Assembly (NCBI GenBank): GCA_041752695.1
Contig: JBGSVZ010000038.1
Coordinates: 160,001-224,000, forward strand
Length of the DNA: 64,000 bases
Direction of reading: 5' to 3'
Source of the DNA: Terrimicrobiaceae bacterium
GTDB taxonomy: Bacteria; Verrucomicrobiota; Verrucomicrobiia; Chthoniobacterales; Terrimicrobiaceae
Shown here: piece by piece, positions 1-10,651 of the stretch
Position numbering within the stretch: the stretch's first letter is position 1
How the letters are laid out: every line of letters begins with the position of its first letter
The notes under the pieces: generated by a model
What the model was told of the DNA's origin: nothing
Seen by the model: only the letters and a program-made list of their open reading frames with translations
Database searches by the model: none
Made by a program: the position numbers and the translations under genes

Positions 1-1956
1 AGTGGCTCTTCGGACTATTTAGTCAACTTGGTGCAAACTGAGTATAACGACTTCGGATTGCCGATCTGGCTTACGGAATTTTCCTTCGTGGATTGGGGTG
101 GTGACCAATCCTGGAGTGAAGAGGATAATTATCAATGTCTCGCGGAATTTCTCTGGCGCGCCGAAAATCTGGCTGCCTTGCGGAAATACGCCCTGTTTGT
201 TTTCACCGCCGATGCCGAGAATCCTCAGCCCGCCAATTCCTGGTCCAGCGTGACTCCTGCCCCGCGATCGAATAGTTACGATACCGGAGGCAATCTCACG
301 GCCTTCGGAAAACTATACGCTGCCTGGGATAGCGATACCACGGTCCGACCCGACAAAACCTATCTCATTCATCACCGGGGCCTTCGCAAACGCATGGCCA
401 ATGCCGCCACCGGGAACGCCAACCCGGGCGGACGAACGATCCGGACCGATGGCTCTCTGGTTCATTGGACATTGGTCTCCACGGGTGTGTCCAACCGGTA
501 TTATCTCGCCTCTTCGATCGATGGACGGCGTCTTAGTCATACCACCGGAACCGGGGTTACACCCACCCTCGCAGCCGCCGGCACAACGGGGGTCAATGTG
601 GAGTGGGCACTCACCCACAAGGAACACGGTTGGTATTACATCGGACACCCCAGCTCAAACAGCCGTCTGCGCCTGGTGAGTTTTAATACGAGCAACAACG
701 TCGCCGCCTACCAGATGGTCGCGACGAGTACCACCGACGATAGTGTGCAATGGAGATTTATCGTGCCTCTGCCGGCCAATTCGGCTCCTGCTCTGGCAAC
801 CATTCCGGATCAGGTGGTGAATGAATTAAGCCTGCTCAGTTTCACCGCGAGCGGCACGGATGCCAGCCTGCCCGCAGGACCCATCACCTACAGCATCGTG
901 AATCCGCTTTTCAATACCTCCATTAACGCCACAACGGGCGTGTTCAGTTGGACGCCGAGTGAGACGCAGGGAAATGGCACGACGTATTCCTTTACGATCC
1001 GCGCCAGCGACGGACAACTCGCCACCGATCGAACGGTGAATATTACGGTAAATGAAGTCAACCAGGCTCCGGTGCTCGCCGCGATTCCGTCTCAAATGGT
1101 CAATGAAGGCAGCACACTGACCTTCACCGCTTCCGCGACGGATGCCGATCTCCCAGCCAATGCCCTGTCCTACAGCCTCGTCGGTGCCCCAGCCGGAGCC
1201 TCCATCGTCTCCAGCACGGGCGCATTTACCTGGACCCCCACGGAGGCACAGGGGCCGGGGACCTTCAATTTTACCGTCAGGGTGAGTGACGGATCCCTAA
1301 CCCATGACCGGCCGGTTTCGGTGGCCGTTGATGAAGTCAATACCGCCCCTGTTCTCGCCGCCATTGCAGCCCAGACGATCAATGCGGGCACCCTCCTTAC
1401 ATTTGCGGCCAGCGCCTTGGATGTCGATCTTCCGGGGAACACCCTGACGTTCAGTCTTCTCAACGCGCCTGGCGGAGCCGCCATCAACTCCGCCACCGGG
1501 GACTTTACCTGGATACCCTCGGGAGCCCAGGCTGGCAGCTTTAACTTCACTCTCCAAGTGAGCGATGGGAATCTCACCGATTCACGATCCGTCCTGGTTA
1601 CGGTGGCGAGTCCGATTCCGAGCAATGAAGTCGATGGAGATGGCGATGGGATGTCCGATCTTTTGGAGTACGCTTTCGGCACCACTCCCGCAGCCCCAAA
1701 CGCCAGTCCGTTTCGTATTCTCAGCGCAAATCCCGACAATACCGTCACCCTCGAATTCCCCTGGAACTGGCAGGCCTCGGGACTTGGCTGGCAAATCCGT
1801 CACGGAAACAATCTTGCCAACATCGCCACGTGGGCGGTCGTCTCTCCTGGCTCCACCACCACGGTGCGTGACGGCAATGTCGACCGCATCACGATCAGAC
1901 CGGTCTCGACCGACCCCAATCGAGGATTTTACATACTTGAAGTGATTCAAAACTAA
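1..1956 (+). CDS. 5'-truncated multidomain secreted glycoside hydrolase: GH128-like catalytic C-terminal part, ricin-type lectin-like domain, 3 putative Ig (He_PIG-like) repeats, C-terminal DGDGDG/LLEYAFG secretion-type tail
   Basis: Frame is open from base 1. PIWLTEF nucleophile motif is shared with the GH128-like genes at 25.4-27.1 kb. Three ~93 aa repeats start N(S/Q/T)AP.LA.I. Tail reads DGDGDGMSDLLEYAFGT. Confidence 0.75.
   Translation, partial: SGSSDYLVNLVQTEYNDFGLPIWLTEFSFVDWGGDQSWSEEDNYQCLAEFLWRAENLAALRKYALFVFTADAENPQPANSWSSVTPAPRSNSYDTGGNLTAFGKLYAAWDSDTTVRPDKTYLIHHRGLRKRMANAATGNANPGGRTIRTDGSLVHWTLVSTGVSNRYYLASSIDGRRLSHTTGTGVTPTLAAAGTTGVNVEWALTHKEHGWYYIGHPSSNSRLRLVSFNTSNNVAAYQMVATSTTDDSVQWRFIVPLPANSAPALATIPDQVVNELSLLSFTASGTDASLPAGPITYSIVNPLFNTSINATTGVFSWTPSETQGNGTTYSFTIRASDGQLATDRTVNITVNEVNQAPVLAAIPSQMVNEGSTLTFTASATDADLPANALSYSLVGAPAGASIVSSTGAFTWTPTEAQGPGTFNFTVRVSDGSLTHDRPVSVAVDEVNTAPVLAAIAAQTINAGTLLTFAASALDVDLPGNTLTFSLLNAPGGAAINSATGDFTWIPSGAQAGSFNFTLQVSDGNLTDSRSVLVTVASPIPSNEVDGDGDGMSDLLEYAFGTTPAAPNASPFRILSANPDNTVTLEFPWNWQASGLGWQIRHGNNLANIATWAVVSPGSTTTVRDGNVDRITIRPVSTDPNRGFYILEVIQN
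778..1610 (+). repeat. three tandem Ig-like domain repeats inside the first CDS
   Basis: NSAPALATIPDQVVNE (778), NQAPVLAAIPSQMVNE (1060), NTAPVLAAIAAQTINA (1339), each with TGxFxWxP and F(T)xR/QxSDG. Confidence 0.8.
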
Positions 1957-2051
1957 CGGTTGGCGGGCCTGGCTTGGGAACGTCACCGGACCACGATCAA
2001 TCCGCCGCGACACAAGCCTTCCTCCAGGGACAATTCTTTCACGCCACCCTT

Positions 2052-3452
2052 ATGAAACACCACATCGCTGCACTGGCTCTTTTTGTTCTGGCGGTCCTTT
2101 CCGGGGATGTTTTTGGGGCAAATCCGGGTCCGCCGAATCTGGTTGTCATCGTTGCGGATGACCTTGGATATGCAGATGCCGGTTTCAATGGGAACTCCGA
2201 CATCCCGACGCCCAACATTGACCGCATTGCGAAGGGTGGTGTGGTCTTCTCCGACGCCTATGTTCCATTCACCGTCTGCGCACCAAGTCGGGCCGGACTC
2301 ATCACCGGAAGGTATCCTCAACGGTTTGGGTTTGAACGCAACCCGGCATGGAGGCCCACCGACGCCTCCATCGGGTTGCCCCGGGAGGAGAAGACCATCG
2401 CCGAGATCCTGCGACCCGCTGGTTACACCTCCGGGGTGATCGGAAAATGGCACCTCGGAGCCCATGACACGCTTCATCCGCTCTCCCGCGGCTTTGATGA
2501 ATTTTACGGCCACCTCGGCGGTGGGCACCGCTATTTTCCGGACGATCTTACGATCCAGCACACGCTGGAGGCAAAAGATGAACCGCAGAGCTACAAGACG
2601 TGGATTTCCCGTGGCCGTGTGCCAGTCCGAACCGAGCGATACCTGACAGACGAGTTCTCGAGGGAGGCCGTTGAGTTTGTCAACCGGCATAAGGACGGCC
2701 CATTCTTCCTCTACTTGGCCTACAACGCTCCACATGCTCCGCTGCAGGCTCCACGGGAAGAAATCGAAAAGTTTCAGCACGTGCCCGATGAGAAGCGACG
2801 GATCTATTCCGCCATGGTGAACGTGATGGACCGCGGCATCGGAGAGCTGCTGAATGAACTCGATAAACTCGGCCTTTCGGACAACACGCTTATCTTTTTC
2901 CTCTCCGACAACGGAGGGGCGGTCGGTTCGAACGGTTCGAAAAACACTCCGCTCCGGGGCGGCAAGAGTGATCCGTTCGAAGGCGGATTCCGCGTTCCCA
3001 TGGCCGCAAGGTGGCCCGGGGTGATTCCCGCCGGGATCACGTTTTCCAAGCCGGTCACAGCCCTCGACATCCTGGCAACCATCGCTGCGGCCAATCATCT
3101 CAAGGAAGACCCGCAGCGTCCTCTGGATGGGGTTAATCTGGTGCCCCATTTGCTCGGTCAAGAAAACCGCGTTCCACACGAGCGGATCTACCTGCGAATG
3201 TTCGACGCGAAAAGCTATGCCATGCGGGAAGGGGACTTCAAAATTGTCAAACCTAAGCAGGCCAAAGATACCAACGCAGCGCTCCTTTTCTTCAACCTCG
3301 CCAATGATCAATCGGAAAAGAACAACATCGCGGATCTGGAACCGGCGCGTCTCAAGAGTCTGCAGCAGAGCTACGAAAAATGGAATGCACAGCTCATCGA
3401 ACCCATATTTCCAGGTCTCAATATGAAAGAATGGCAGAATGCGAAACCCTGA
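2052..3452 (+). CDS. secreted S1 sulfatase (Cys-type)
   Basis: Signal peptide from ATG 2052; PNLVVIVADDLG, CAPSRAGLITGR, GKWHLG, SDNG motifs. Confidence 0.92.
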   Translation: MKHHIAALALFVLAVLSGDVFGANPGPPNLVVIVADDLGYADAGFNGNSDIPTPNIDRIAKGGVVFSDAYVPFTVCAPSRAGLITGRYPQRFGFERNPAWRPTDASIGLPREEKTIAEILRPAGYTSGVIGKWHLGAHDTLHPLSRGFDEFYGHLGGGHRYFPDDLTIQHTLEAKDEPQSYKTWISRGRVPVRTERYLTDEFSREAVEFVNRHKDGPFFLYLAYNAPHAPLQAPREEIEKFQHVPDEKRRIYSAMVNVMDRGIGELLNELDKLGLSDNTLIFFLSDNGGAVGSNGSKNTPLRGGKSDPFEGGFRVPMAARWPGVIPAGITFSKPVTALDILATIAAANHLKEDPQRPLDGVNLVPHLLGQENRVPHERIYLRMFDAKSYAMREGDFKIVKPKQAKDTNAALLFFNLANDQSEKNNIADLEPARLKSLQQSYEKWNAQLIEPIFPGLNMKEWQNAKP

Positions 3453-4341
3453 CTTACCGCCACGGTCGGCGGCCCTCATTCCCCGAATTGCCGGCGAATG
3501 GCAGCTTCTCTACAAACCCGAGAAGACCGGGTGTTATGTCAATGACCACAGTCTTATCCGCGGGTTGGACGGAAAGTGGCACCTCTTCGGCATCACGAAG
3601 CCAACCCCGGAAATCAACCCTAATGAAGAGCGTTATTTTACTTATGGAAGTGGCAGTGAGCTTCTCTCTCCCGGCGGATTAAAGGAAGTGCAAATCGTTT
3701 GCAATGATGGCGTGCGCGCTTGGGCGCCCTCGGTGGTCACCGATGGCCGACGCTACTACATGCACTATGGACCTTCCCCGATGCGCATGGCGACTTCCGA
3801 CGAGCTTAAACACTGGATCGGCCACACTCCGGTGCTCCACAACGCGCCCCTGGAATCGTGCCACCGCGACAGTATGGTTCTGCAGTTGGCGGACGGAAAT
3901 TGGTTGATGTATGTCACGGGTGTTGAAAACCGCTATGGTGTCATCTCGGTTTTCCAGTCCAGCGACCTGGTAAATTGGACATTTCTTCGCTACGCCCTCC
4001 GTACGTGTGGAAACGCTCCGTTAAATCCCCCATGGGGAGCCACCGAGTCTCCCTATGTCGTTTGTCTTCACGGCTGGTTTTACCTATTCATGACCTACAC
4101 CGACTGCGGCAAGGAAACTTACCACAACACGCTGGTCTTTCGTTCCAAGGACCCCACCGACTTTGGCGAATATACCGGCGATAACCATGCCGAAGTGGTC
4201 GTCACCACCCTGCACGCCCACGCTCCGGAAATTGTCTGTGACGACGGAAAGTGGTTCATCACGACCTGCGGGTGGAGGAACTTCGGCATCCCCATCGAGG
4301 GCGCCGTCGCGATTGCGGAGCTGGAGTGGGTTGCAGGGTGA
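3439..4341 (+). CDS. five-bladed beta-propeller glycoside hydrolase (GH32/GH43-like)
   Basis: YVNDH, WAPSV, HRDSMV, TESPYV, HAPEIV blade motifs; overlaps the sulfatase stop. Confidence 0.7.
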   Translation: MRNPDLPPRSAALIPRIAGEWQLLYKPEKTGCYVNDHSLIRGLDGKWHLFGITKPTPEINPNEERYFTYGSGSELLSPGGLKEVQIVCNDGVRAWAPSVVTDGRRYYMHYGPSPMRMATSDELKHWIGHTPVLHNAPLESCHRDSMVLQLADGNWLMYVTGVENRYGVISVFQSSDLVNWTFLRYALRTCGNAPLNPPWGATESPYVVCLHGWFYLFMTYTDCGKETYHNTLVFRSKDPTDFGEYTGDNHAEVVVTTLHAHAPEIVCDDGKWFITTCGWRNFGIPIEGAVAIAELEWVAG

Positions 4342-4414
4342 GGGTTCCCTTGGACGTCCCTGCCCGCAGAATGTTGAAGCCCCGGTTTCAGTCAGACGCC
4401 GGCGCGGGGGAGTT

Positions 4415-6499
4415 TCAGTCGGAAAATGTGGTCTCTAACAGACGCAAGAAGTCCACCGATTCTCTGTCGGCCAGGGAATACATGATGTCCGCCAGCCCCC
4501 GGCTGGTCGAGGTGATCTCGGGATAAGGGGTGTCGGTCACATCGACAAAACCAATCTGGTAGTTTTCGCCGGGTTTGCCGACGGTCGGACGCGCCGCGGC
4601 CGACTGGTCGGTGTAGGCGAACCAATGGGTGCCGACGATGTTGGGCTGAAGTACGGCGTCGATAACATAGGCCGCGTAGGCACGGCTGCGTTGAAGTTGG
4701 TCGCCCACGGAAGTCAGTCCCACGCCGGGCACACCGCGGTCGGGCGCGCCGAAGTGGAATTCCGCGATGAGACAGGGTTTGTCGAAAGCTTTGGGAAGCA
4801 AGGTGACGGCCAAGGGCATGTATCGGTTGACACTTAAAACATCCACATATCGGGTCGCTTCCTCGTAGATCCCGGGGCTCGCCTTGTGCATCCGCGATCC
4901 GAGGTAGAGGTGATTCGGCAAAACCTTGCGCATCATGTCGTGGCAGACCTTGTAATAGCGGTTCGCGGTGAGTCGTTCGAGCGACTTGCGGTCCTCCTTG
5001 AAGGCTTCCGACTCAACCGGAAAGGCATCCAGGGTTTCCCATGAGCCATACTTGGTGGACCACGCCGCGTTGAGTTTTTCGATGGTGACATACTTTTCCT
5101 GCAAGAAGGCAAATACCGCTTTTCGAGCAGGCATATCAGGTTTTCCGGCCAAGGCCTTTTGGACAAAATCCTCATACCATCCCAACTCATTGTCGATGAA
5201 GACTCCGATACACCAGGGGTCCGATCCCGATGGTCCGAGTAGCTTTTGAAGTCCATCCTCGACGCGTTTTTCAAATTCCGCGGAGAACGGATCCGGCAGG
5301 TTTTTGCCGAGCGGATTGATCCCGCGCCAGACATGAAGGATCGGAGTGTATGGCGTTTTGGGGTTCGTATACAAATTCTTGTCCGACCATGCGCCGACCG
5401 TATTCATGCCCCATCGGCGCAGACGGGTATGAATGCGGTGATAGGCGTTGTCCTTCCAGTCCGGGCCATAGGTCCGGTTTAGATTGGCGATCATGAAGTG
5501 AATATTGTTGTCGATGTGTGCTTCTCCGATATCCGTCCCTGACGGTATCCAGGCAAAAAGGGCCTCGCGATCTGGAGCGGGCGTTCGTTGATCAAAGCCG
5601 ACGGAGTTGGCCCCATGGGAAAAGAAGAGGCGGCCGTCTGGATCAACAAACCACCAGCGCCCTTTGTATTTCTCCACGCGGAAGAAGCCCGTCGCCTCTA
5701 ATTGTGGCCCGTCCTTCCACCCGCCATATTGATTAAAGCTGGCCGGACCGGCATCGTCCTGAGCTTCGCGGACTTCTTGGTGGGTGCGCGCTTCCAAAGC
5801 TTCTTCGGAATGAAGTTTCCCGGGCCAATCCAGTTGCCGCACCTGACCATACTTGTCCAGGTAGGGGAGTTCGAGAAGACGGGCGTTCGCCTTGGCACCA
5901 TATGGCTGGGCGAGGCTGAGTTGAATGTCTGAGAGGTTGAGCGTGCTGGACGCAGAATGAATCACCAGCCGGCAGGCCACGACGTTCTCGGGCTGGAACG
6001 GCATCCAATGTCCCCGGAATCCATTGGGTCGGCTGCCCTGCAGATGAAAGATTTCCGGGGAGTCGTCCGCGTTTGCGGCTCTTTGGAAGGGAAATCCCAG
6101 GGTTGCCCTTTCGCCCGGCATGATGAATGCCATGCTGGAAGAGCTGTTTTTCCAATCGACCGCACCCTCATTGTCGAGACGTCCCCGGATCCAAACCAAC
6201 CCATCTCCGTTATTTGTCACATCCACACGAAAATAGGAGAATCCCGACAGATCCCAATGGCCTTCCTCCGGTCGCAGAATGATGGTGCAGGCCTTATCTT
6301 TGATTTCGCCGGAAAGGTGAAGAGTACCCGCATTGGCAATTGAGTGCTCGATGGACGGGGGCGAGGTTACCGCAAGGTTCTCGAGGACGACACGGGGCTC
6401 CAGCAACTCCTCAATCGGTGTCACTGGCCCTGCGCCTTGCAGGAGCGCCGGGAGGAAGCCGACGATTATTAATGGGAGACTTTTAGTGTTTATAGACAT
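4415..6499 (-). CDS. GH50-like (beta-agarase family) glycoside hydrolase
   Basis: DKYGQ..DWPGK, YGGW..GP.LEATGFFRVEK, WWFVDPDG, WGMNTVGAWS, FIDNE, AEFHFGAPDRG, ENYQIG. Confidence 0.85.
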   Translation of the reverse strand: MSINTKSLPLIIVGFLPALLQGAGPVTPIEELLEPRVVLENLAVTSPPSIEHSIANAGTLHLSGEIKDKACTIILRPEEGHWDLSGFSYFRVDVTNNGDGLVWIRGRLDNEGAVDWKNSSSSMAFIMPGERATLGFPFQRAANADDSPEIFHLQGSRPNGFRGHWMPFQPENVVACRLVIHSASSTLNLSDIQLSLAQPYGAKANARLLELPYLDKYGQVRQLDWPGKLHSEEALEARTHQEVREAQDDAGPASFNQYGGWKDGPQLEATGFFRVEKYKGRWWFVDPDGRLFFSHGANSVGFDQRTPAPDREALFAWIPSGTDIGEAHIDNNIHFMIANLNRTYGPDWKDNAYHRIHTRLRRWGMNTVGAWSDKNLYTNPKTPYTPILHVWRGINPLGKNLPDPFSAEFEKRVEDGLQKLLGPSGSDPWCIGVFIDNELGWYEDFVQKALAGKPDMPARKAVFAFLQEKYVTIEKLNAAWSTKYGSWETLDAFPVESEAFKEDRKSLERLTANRYYKVCHDMMRKVLPNHLYLGSRMHKASPGIYEEATRYVDVLSVNRYMPLAVTLLPKAFDKPCLIAEFHFGAPDRGVPGVGLTSVGDQLQRSRAYAAYVIDAVLQPNIVGTHWFAYTDQSAAARPTVGKPGENYQIGFVDVTDTPYPEITSTSRGLADIMYSLADRESVDFLRLLETTFSD

Positions 6500-8480
6500 C
6501 CTCAGTGAGTGTGACCTGCAGAATGGTCACATAAGGGGTTTGATCATAATCCACCTGCTGGATGGTAATGGTGTTGTCGTCGTTCTTTTTCCAGGGAAGT
6601 TCTTTGCCGGAATAGAGGTCGGTGACCCTGGCAACCTTCCTGGCCCCGATGGATTGAGTCGTGAAGGTCCCGGTGGCTTTGTCCCGGTACTCCGCATAGA
6701 TGTGGCAGAAAATGTTGTTCCCCGCGTAAGTGAACCCATACTCGCCGTGCAGAGGCTGCCAGGGCCCGCCACGCGTTTTGTAGATGGCCGGGCCGACTTT
6801 TTCGAGCCATTGGCCTGTTTGCTGAAGGACATCCTGCTGATTCTTCGGAATGACACCCTCGCGGTCCGGCGCGACGTTGAGCAACAGATTGATGTTTCTC
6901 ACCACGCAGTCAGAGAGAAAAACGGCCACCTCTTCAAAGGTGTGGACTTTTGCATTGGGCACGTAGCCCCATCCGCCTTTCTGCACGGACATGCATTTCT
7001 CCATGTGCTGCTCCGTGCGGATGTTGCCGGTAGTTGCCGCCGAGCCTTCCTCGCCGTGCACATCGCCCACCCAACCGAAGCGTTCATTGACGATCATCTT
7101 CGGCTGGTGTTTGCGGACCAGCCCCATGACTCCGAGCGCCTTGCCGGAAGCTTTTTCTCTCTCCAGAAATGCTTCGCCGACCTGCCATTCGCCTTTTGGA
7201 TCCTGGTGTTGCCCGGTGTCCCAGAAACGGTCTTCCAGTTCGCGATCCACACTCTGTCCGAGATAGCCACCGTCCCAGAACATGTATTCGATGGGACCGT
7301 AGTTCGCGAGGAGCACGGACAGTTGCTCGTATACCTCCTCCTTCATCAGCCGGGCATTTTCCGGGTGCCAGTCCTCGGCGGTGTATCTCCAGACATTAGG
7401 CTTAAGGTTTTTTCCGGTCACGTTGTAGTAACCGGGGTATCGCCAACTCATGGGGGAATAGTAGAGGCCGACATGCAGTCCGGACTTCCTGATGGCGTCC
7501 GTGTATTCCTTGATCAGATCCCGGTTGAGTTGTTTGACGCTGGTCCAACTGTTGGGATGCTTGCTGTCGAAGAGGGCATAGCCGTCATGGTGCCTGGTGG
7601 TCAGGACCGCGTATTTCATGCCCGTGCGCTTGGCCAGCTCCGCCCATTCGGCGGGATTGAAGCGGGAGGCGGTGAATCCGTTTTCCGGGTCTTCGGCGCG
7701 AGCCCGATATTCTTCAGGCGTGTAGGGTTTTGTGTGCATGACCCACTCGGCGCCCTTGTCGATTGCGGAATAGACGCCCCAATGGATGAACATCCCGAAC
7801 TTGGCGTCGAGATACCATTCCATGTCCCTGGCGGGCAGGGTCTTCACCCCGCCTTCGGATTTTTGCCCAGGCACTACCTGCTCAATAAACTCCCGCACTG
7901 TCGGCTCCGGTGCTTCGCCCTGATACTCGAGTTCCAAGGAATCGACGTATCCTTTTCCCGGCCCGGCGCGATGCCAAAGGGTGATCAAAACGGAATCGCA
8001 AGTATGCGCCGAGGTGAAGTCCAGCGATACCTTCGTATATTCTGTCAGGGCGCTCGCAACGGATAGTGTCGGTCCTCCGTAGTCTTGGGCGACGAGTTCG
8101 ACCTGCTCGGCCCCCGACTCGGTCTTGACCCATGCGGACAAGCGGTAGCGGCTGTCGGGACGAATCTTGACTTCTTGGACGCATCTCGCGCTTTCCGGCC
8201 CCAAAGCCACGGCATGTTGACCGGCCTGCGCGTTGGGGGAAATTTCAGCACGGCGGAGTCTCCAATCTTTCCATCCGGTCAAGTTCCCCGTTTCAAAATC
8301 CGGGTTGACGATCTTGGCCACGAAAGTTGCCTCGGCGGCGCCCGATGGGGCAAGCTGAGGATCATTCTTTGCGAAAAGTTGAGAAGACATAGCGGTGATG
8401 AAAAAAGTGAGGATGAGCAGCCGCGTTGGGGAGGAGCGATTTCGGCAGGAGTTGCGAGACTTATGGAGTGGTGTGGTCAT
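6483..8480 (-). CDS. alpha-L-fucosidase GH29 with N-terminal CBM4/9-like domain
   Basis: AKFGMFIHWG, TTRHHDG, MFWDGG, NLLLNVAP; N-terminal NPDFETGNLTGW. Confidence 0.9.
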   Translation of the reverse strand: MTTPLHKSRNSCRNRSSPTRLLILTFFITAMSSQLFAKNDPQLAPSGAAEATFVAKIVNPDFETGNLTGWKDWRLRRAEISPNAQAGQHAVALGPESARCVQEVKIRPDSRYRLSAWVKTESGAEQVELVAQDYGGPTLSVASALTEYTKVSLDFTSAHTCDSVLITLWHRAGPGKGYVDSLELEYQGEAPEPTVREFIEQVVPGQKSEGGVKTLPARDMEWYLDAKFGMFIHWGVYSAIDKGAEWVMHTKPYTPEEYRARAEDPENGFTASRFNPAEWAELAKRTGMKYAVLTTRHHDGYALFDSKHPNSWTSVKQLNRDLIKEYTDAIRKSGLHVGLYYSPMSWRYPGYYNVTGKNLKPNVWRYTAEDWHPENARLMKEEVYEQLSVLLANYGPIEYMFWDGGYLGQSVDRELEDRFWDTGQHQDPKGEWQVGEAFLEREKASGKALGVMGLVRKHQPKMIVNERFGWVGDVHGEEGSAATTGNIRTEQHMEKCMSVQKGGWGYVPNAKVHTFEEVAVFLSDCVVRNINLLLNVAPDREGVIPKNQQDVLQQTGQWLEKVGPAIYKTRGGPWQPLHGEYGFTYAGNNIFCHIYAEYRDKATGTFTTQSIGARKVARVTDLYSGKELPWKKNDDNTITIQQVDYDQTPYVTILQVTLTEDVYKH

Positions 8481-8523
8481 CCTTGCGTTTGATGGAATTT
8501 TCGGGAAATGGCCGGCGCCCCAT

Positions 8524-9498
8524 TCAGTTCAGTTCTTCGAGCTTCGGCCCCGCTTCCTTGTCATTCTTCTTCTCCAGCGGCGGCAGGGGGCGGAGGATCT
8601 CGGCGCGCACGGCTTCTTCCGCCTCCCGATATTTTGGATGTTGATAGACCCGGATGTAATCGCACAGCGCCGCGTTCGGCAGCTTCGATTCGTCCACCCA
8701 TCGGTCTCCCTTGAGCGTGCTGGCAATGACGCTGAACCAGACACTCATGGCATCGTGGGGAAATCCTGCGGAACTCAGCTCTTTGGTCAGTCTCCCGTCG
8801 AAATAGAACCGGATGGTTTCCGGGGTAAATTCACACGACCACACATGAAAGTCTGCGGACGTGTCTGGGGCATCTTCGACGACCCAGCGTCCCGCGTTCC
8901 AGGATTGGCGATTCTTTTTTTGGTGGTAGCGGGACTGGTTGATAATGCCGAAACTAAAGAAATGCGGGTCGCCGCCATCCTGTTCGCAGAAGTCCAGCTC
9001 GAGCAGGGCCGAAGGCCCGGGCGGCTGGCCAGGAAAGGAATGTCGCATGGCCCAGAACGCCGTGTGCCAACCTTCGGCGGGAGGCGTCTTGAAGCGGGCC
9101 TCGTAATAGCCGTAAACAAAAGTCTCCCGACTGATGACACCGCCGCCGGTGTAGTCCTTGCCGCGGACGGACTCCTTGCGCAGGTTGATGGCCAGAAGGC
9201 CGTCGCTCACCGAAATGTTTTCCTGCTGCTGCGTGCTAAGCATTTTGCTTTCAAGTCGGAAGCCCCATTTTTGGGTGTCAATTTTCTCGCCATTGAAATC
9301 GTCCTCGAAAACCAGTTCGTAGCCAGCTGGAGGCAGGGGAGTCACTTCGGTGGCGAGTGGAACCGGAATGTGGATCTTGCTGGTGAATTTCGGCCGTTTG
9401 GCTCCTCGGTCGGGCGACGGGGAAGCGGATGGACTGGCGGCAAACGCCTGGAGGGCACAAAAAGCGAGAAGAGACAAGACGACGGAGAGGGGTTTCAT
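8524..9498 (-). CDS. secreted GH16 glycoside hydrolase
   Basis: LVFEDDFNG, YGYYEAR, HTAFW, catalytic ELDFCE, DYIRVYQ. Confidence 0.88.
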   Translation of the reverse strand: MKPLSVVLSLLAFCALQAFAASPSASPSPDRGAKRPKFTSKIHIPVPLATEVTPLPPAGYELVFEDDFNGEKIDTQKWGFRLESKMLSTQQQENISVSDGLLAINLRKESVRGKDYTGGGVISRETFVYGYYEARFKTPPAEGWHTAFWAMRHSFPGQPPGPSALLELDFCEQDGGDPHFFSFGIINQSRYHQKKNRQSWNAGRWVVEDAPDTSADFHVWSCEFTPETIRFYFDGRLTKELSSAGFPHDAMSVWFSVIASTLKGDRWVDESKLPNAALCDYIRVYQHPKYREAEEAVRAEILRPLPPLEKKNDKEAGPKLEELN

Positions 9499-9551
9499 GA
9501 GTATTCAGTGGTTTGCAGACGTGGGGCGGAGTGGCTCTGGGGGATGATTTT

Positions 9552-10595
9552 TTAAAGAGGGTGATGAACGCCAGAAATGGTCTGTCCGTTCGCAGGCTGA
9601 TTCATGCCGGACGTGGCCTTAACGGGGATAATTTTTCCATCGGCGTCAAAGGTTAGTTCATCCACACAAACTGAGCGGCGGTAGCCATTGCCTCCGGACA
9701 CCTCCGCGGTGTGGTAAAAGACATACCACTTGCCCCGGAACTCGCCGACCATGCCGTGGTGCGTGCTGCAGGCGACGGGATGCATGACCCTGCCCTGATA
9801 GGTGAAGGGGCCGGTGGGCGAGTCGCCGATGGCATAGACGAGCGTGGTGTCTTTGGCCCAGCCGTTGGAATAGACAAAGTAGTAGCGGCCATCCCGTTTG
9901 AACATTGAAGGACCCTCGCCGTAGCCTGCGGGCAACTGCGGGTCTTTTTCGGGCGGAGCTTGGGGCACGGGCTCGCCCGAAGAGGTGAGGATGACCAATT
10001 TCTGCAATGGCCCCGCCAGCTTGGTCAGCGAAGGATCAAGCTTCACCGCCATCGGCTGGCGACACCCAAAGTAGAGCCAGGTCGTGCCGTCGTCATCGAC
10101 GAGGATCGCCGGGTCGATCGGCTCGACGCCTGCCTCGGGCATGGTGGCGTTCTCAATCAAGGGGGCGCCGATGGCGTCCGAGAAAGGGCCGTCGGGCTTG
10201 TCCGAAACCGCGACGCCGATCTTGCTTCGGTCGGTGGGCATGAAGAGATAATACTTGCCGTTGGCGGCGATGGCATCGGGAGCCCAGGCCTGCTTTTCGG
10301 CCCAGGCAAAGTTCTTCAACTTGAAGACCGCACCGTGGTCTTTCCACGTGACCATGTCGTCGGTGGAGAAAAGCCACCAGTCCACCATGTCGTAGGAGGT
10401 GGCGTTATCCCGGTCGTGCGAGGTGTAGACGTAGAGACGACCGTCAAAAACGCGGGCCGATGGATCGGCGGTGAACATGTGACGGACAAACGGGTTCGAT
10501 GCTTTCATGGTGGTGGTTAAGAGGGATAGGCAGATCAATAAGAGCAGAACAAAGCGCGCGGAAGAGTTTGAGAGTGGAGGCGTGAGGAGTGCCAT
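9552..10595 (-). CDS. GH43 xylosidase/arabinofuranosidase-like
   Basis: TADPSA, WAPDA, IDPAI, EGPSM motifs; start uncertain (10595 or 10508). Confidence 0.88.
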   Translation of the reverse strand: MALLTPPLSNSSARFVLLLLICLSLLTTTMKASNPFVRHMFTADPSARVFDGRLYVYTSHDRDNATSYDMVDWWLFSTDDMVTWKDHGAVFKLKNFAWAEKQAWAPDAIAANGKYYLFMPTDRSKIGVAVSDKPDGPFSDAIGAPLIENATMPEAGVEPIDPAILVDDDGTTWLYFGCRQPMAVKLDPSLTKLAGPLQKLVILTSSGEPVPQAPPEKDPQLPAGYGEGPSMFKRDGRYYFVYSNGWAKDTTLVYAIGDSPTGPFTYQGRVMHPVACSTHHGMVGEFRGKWYVFYHTAEVSGGNGYRRSVCVDELTFDADGKIIPVKATSGMNQPANGQTISGVHHPL

Positions 10596-10651
10596 TTGAA
10601 CGAGCAGGGGATTTTTGGACACAAAGATGACAAAGCCAAAAGTAGGGGATT

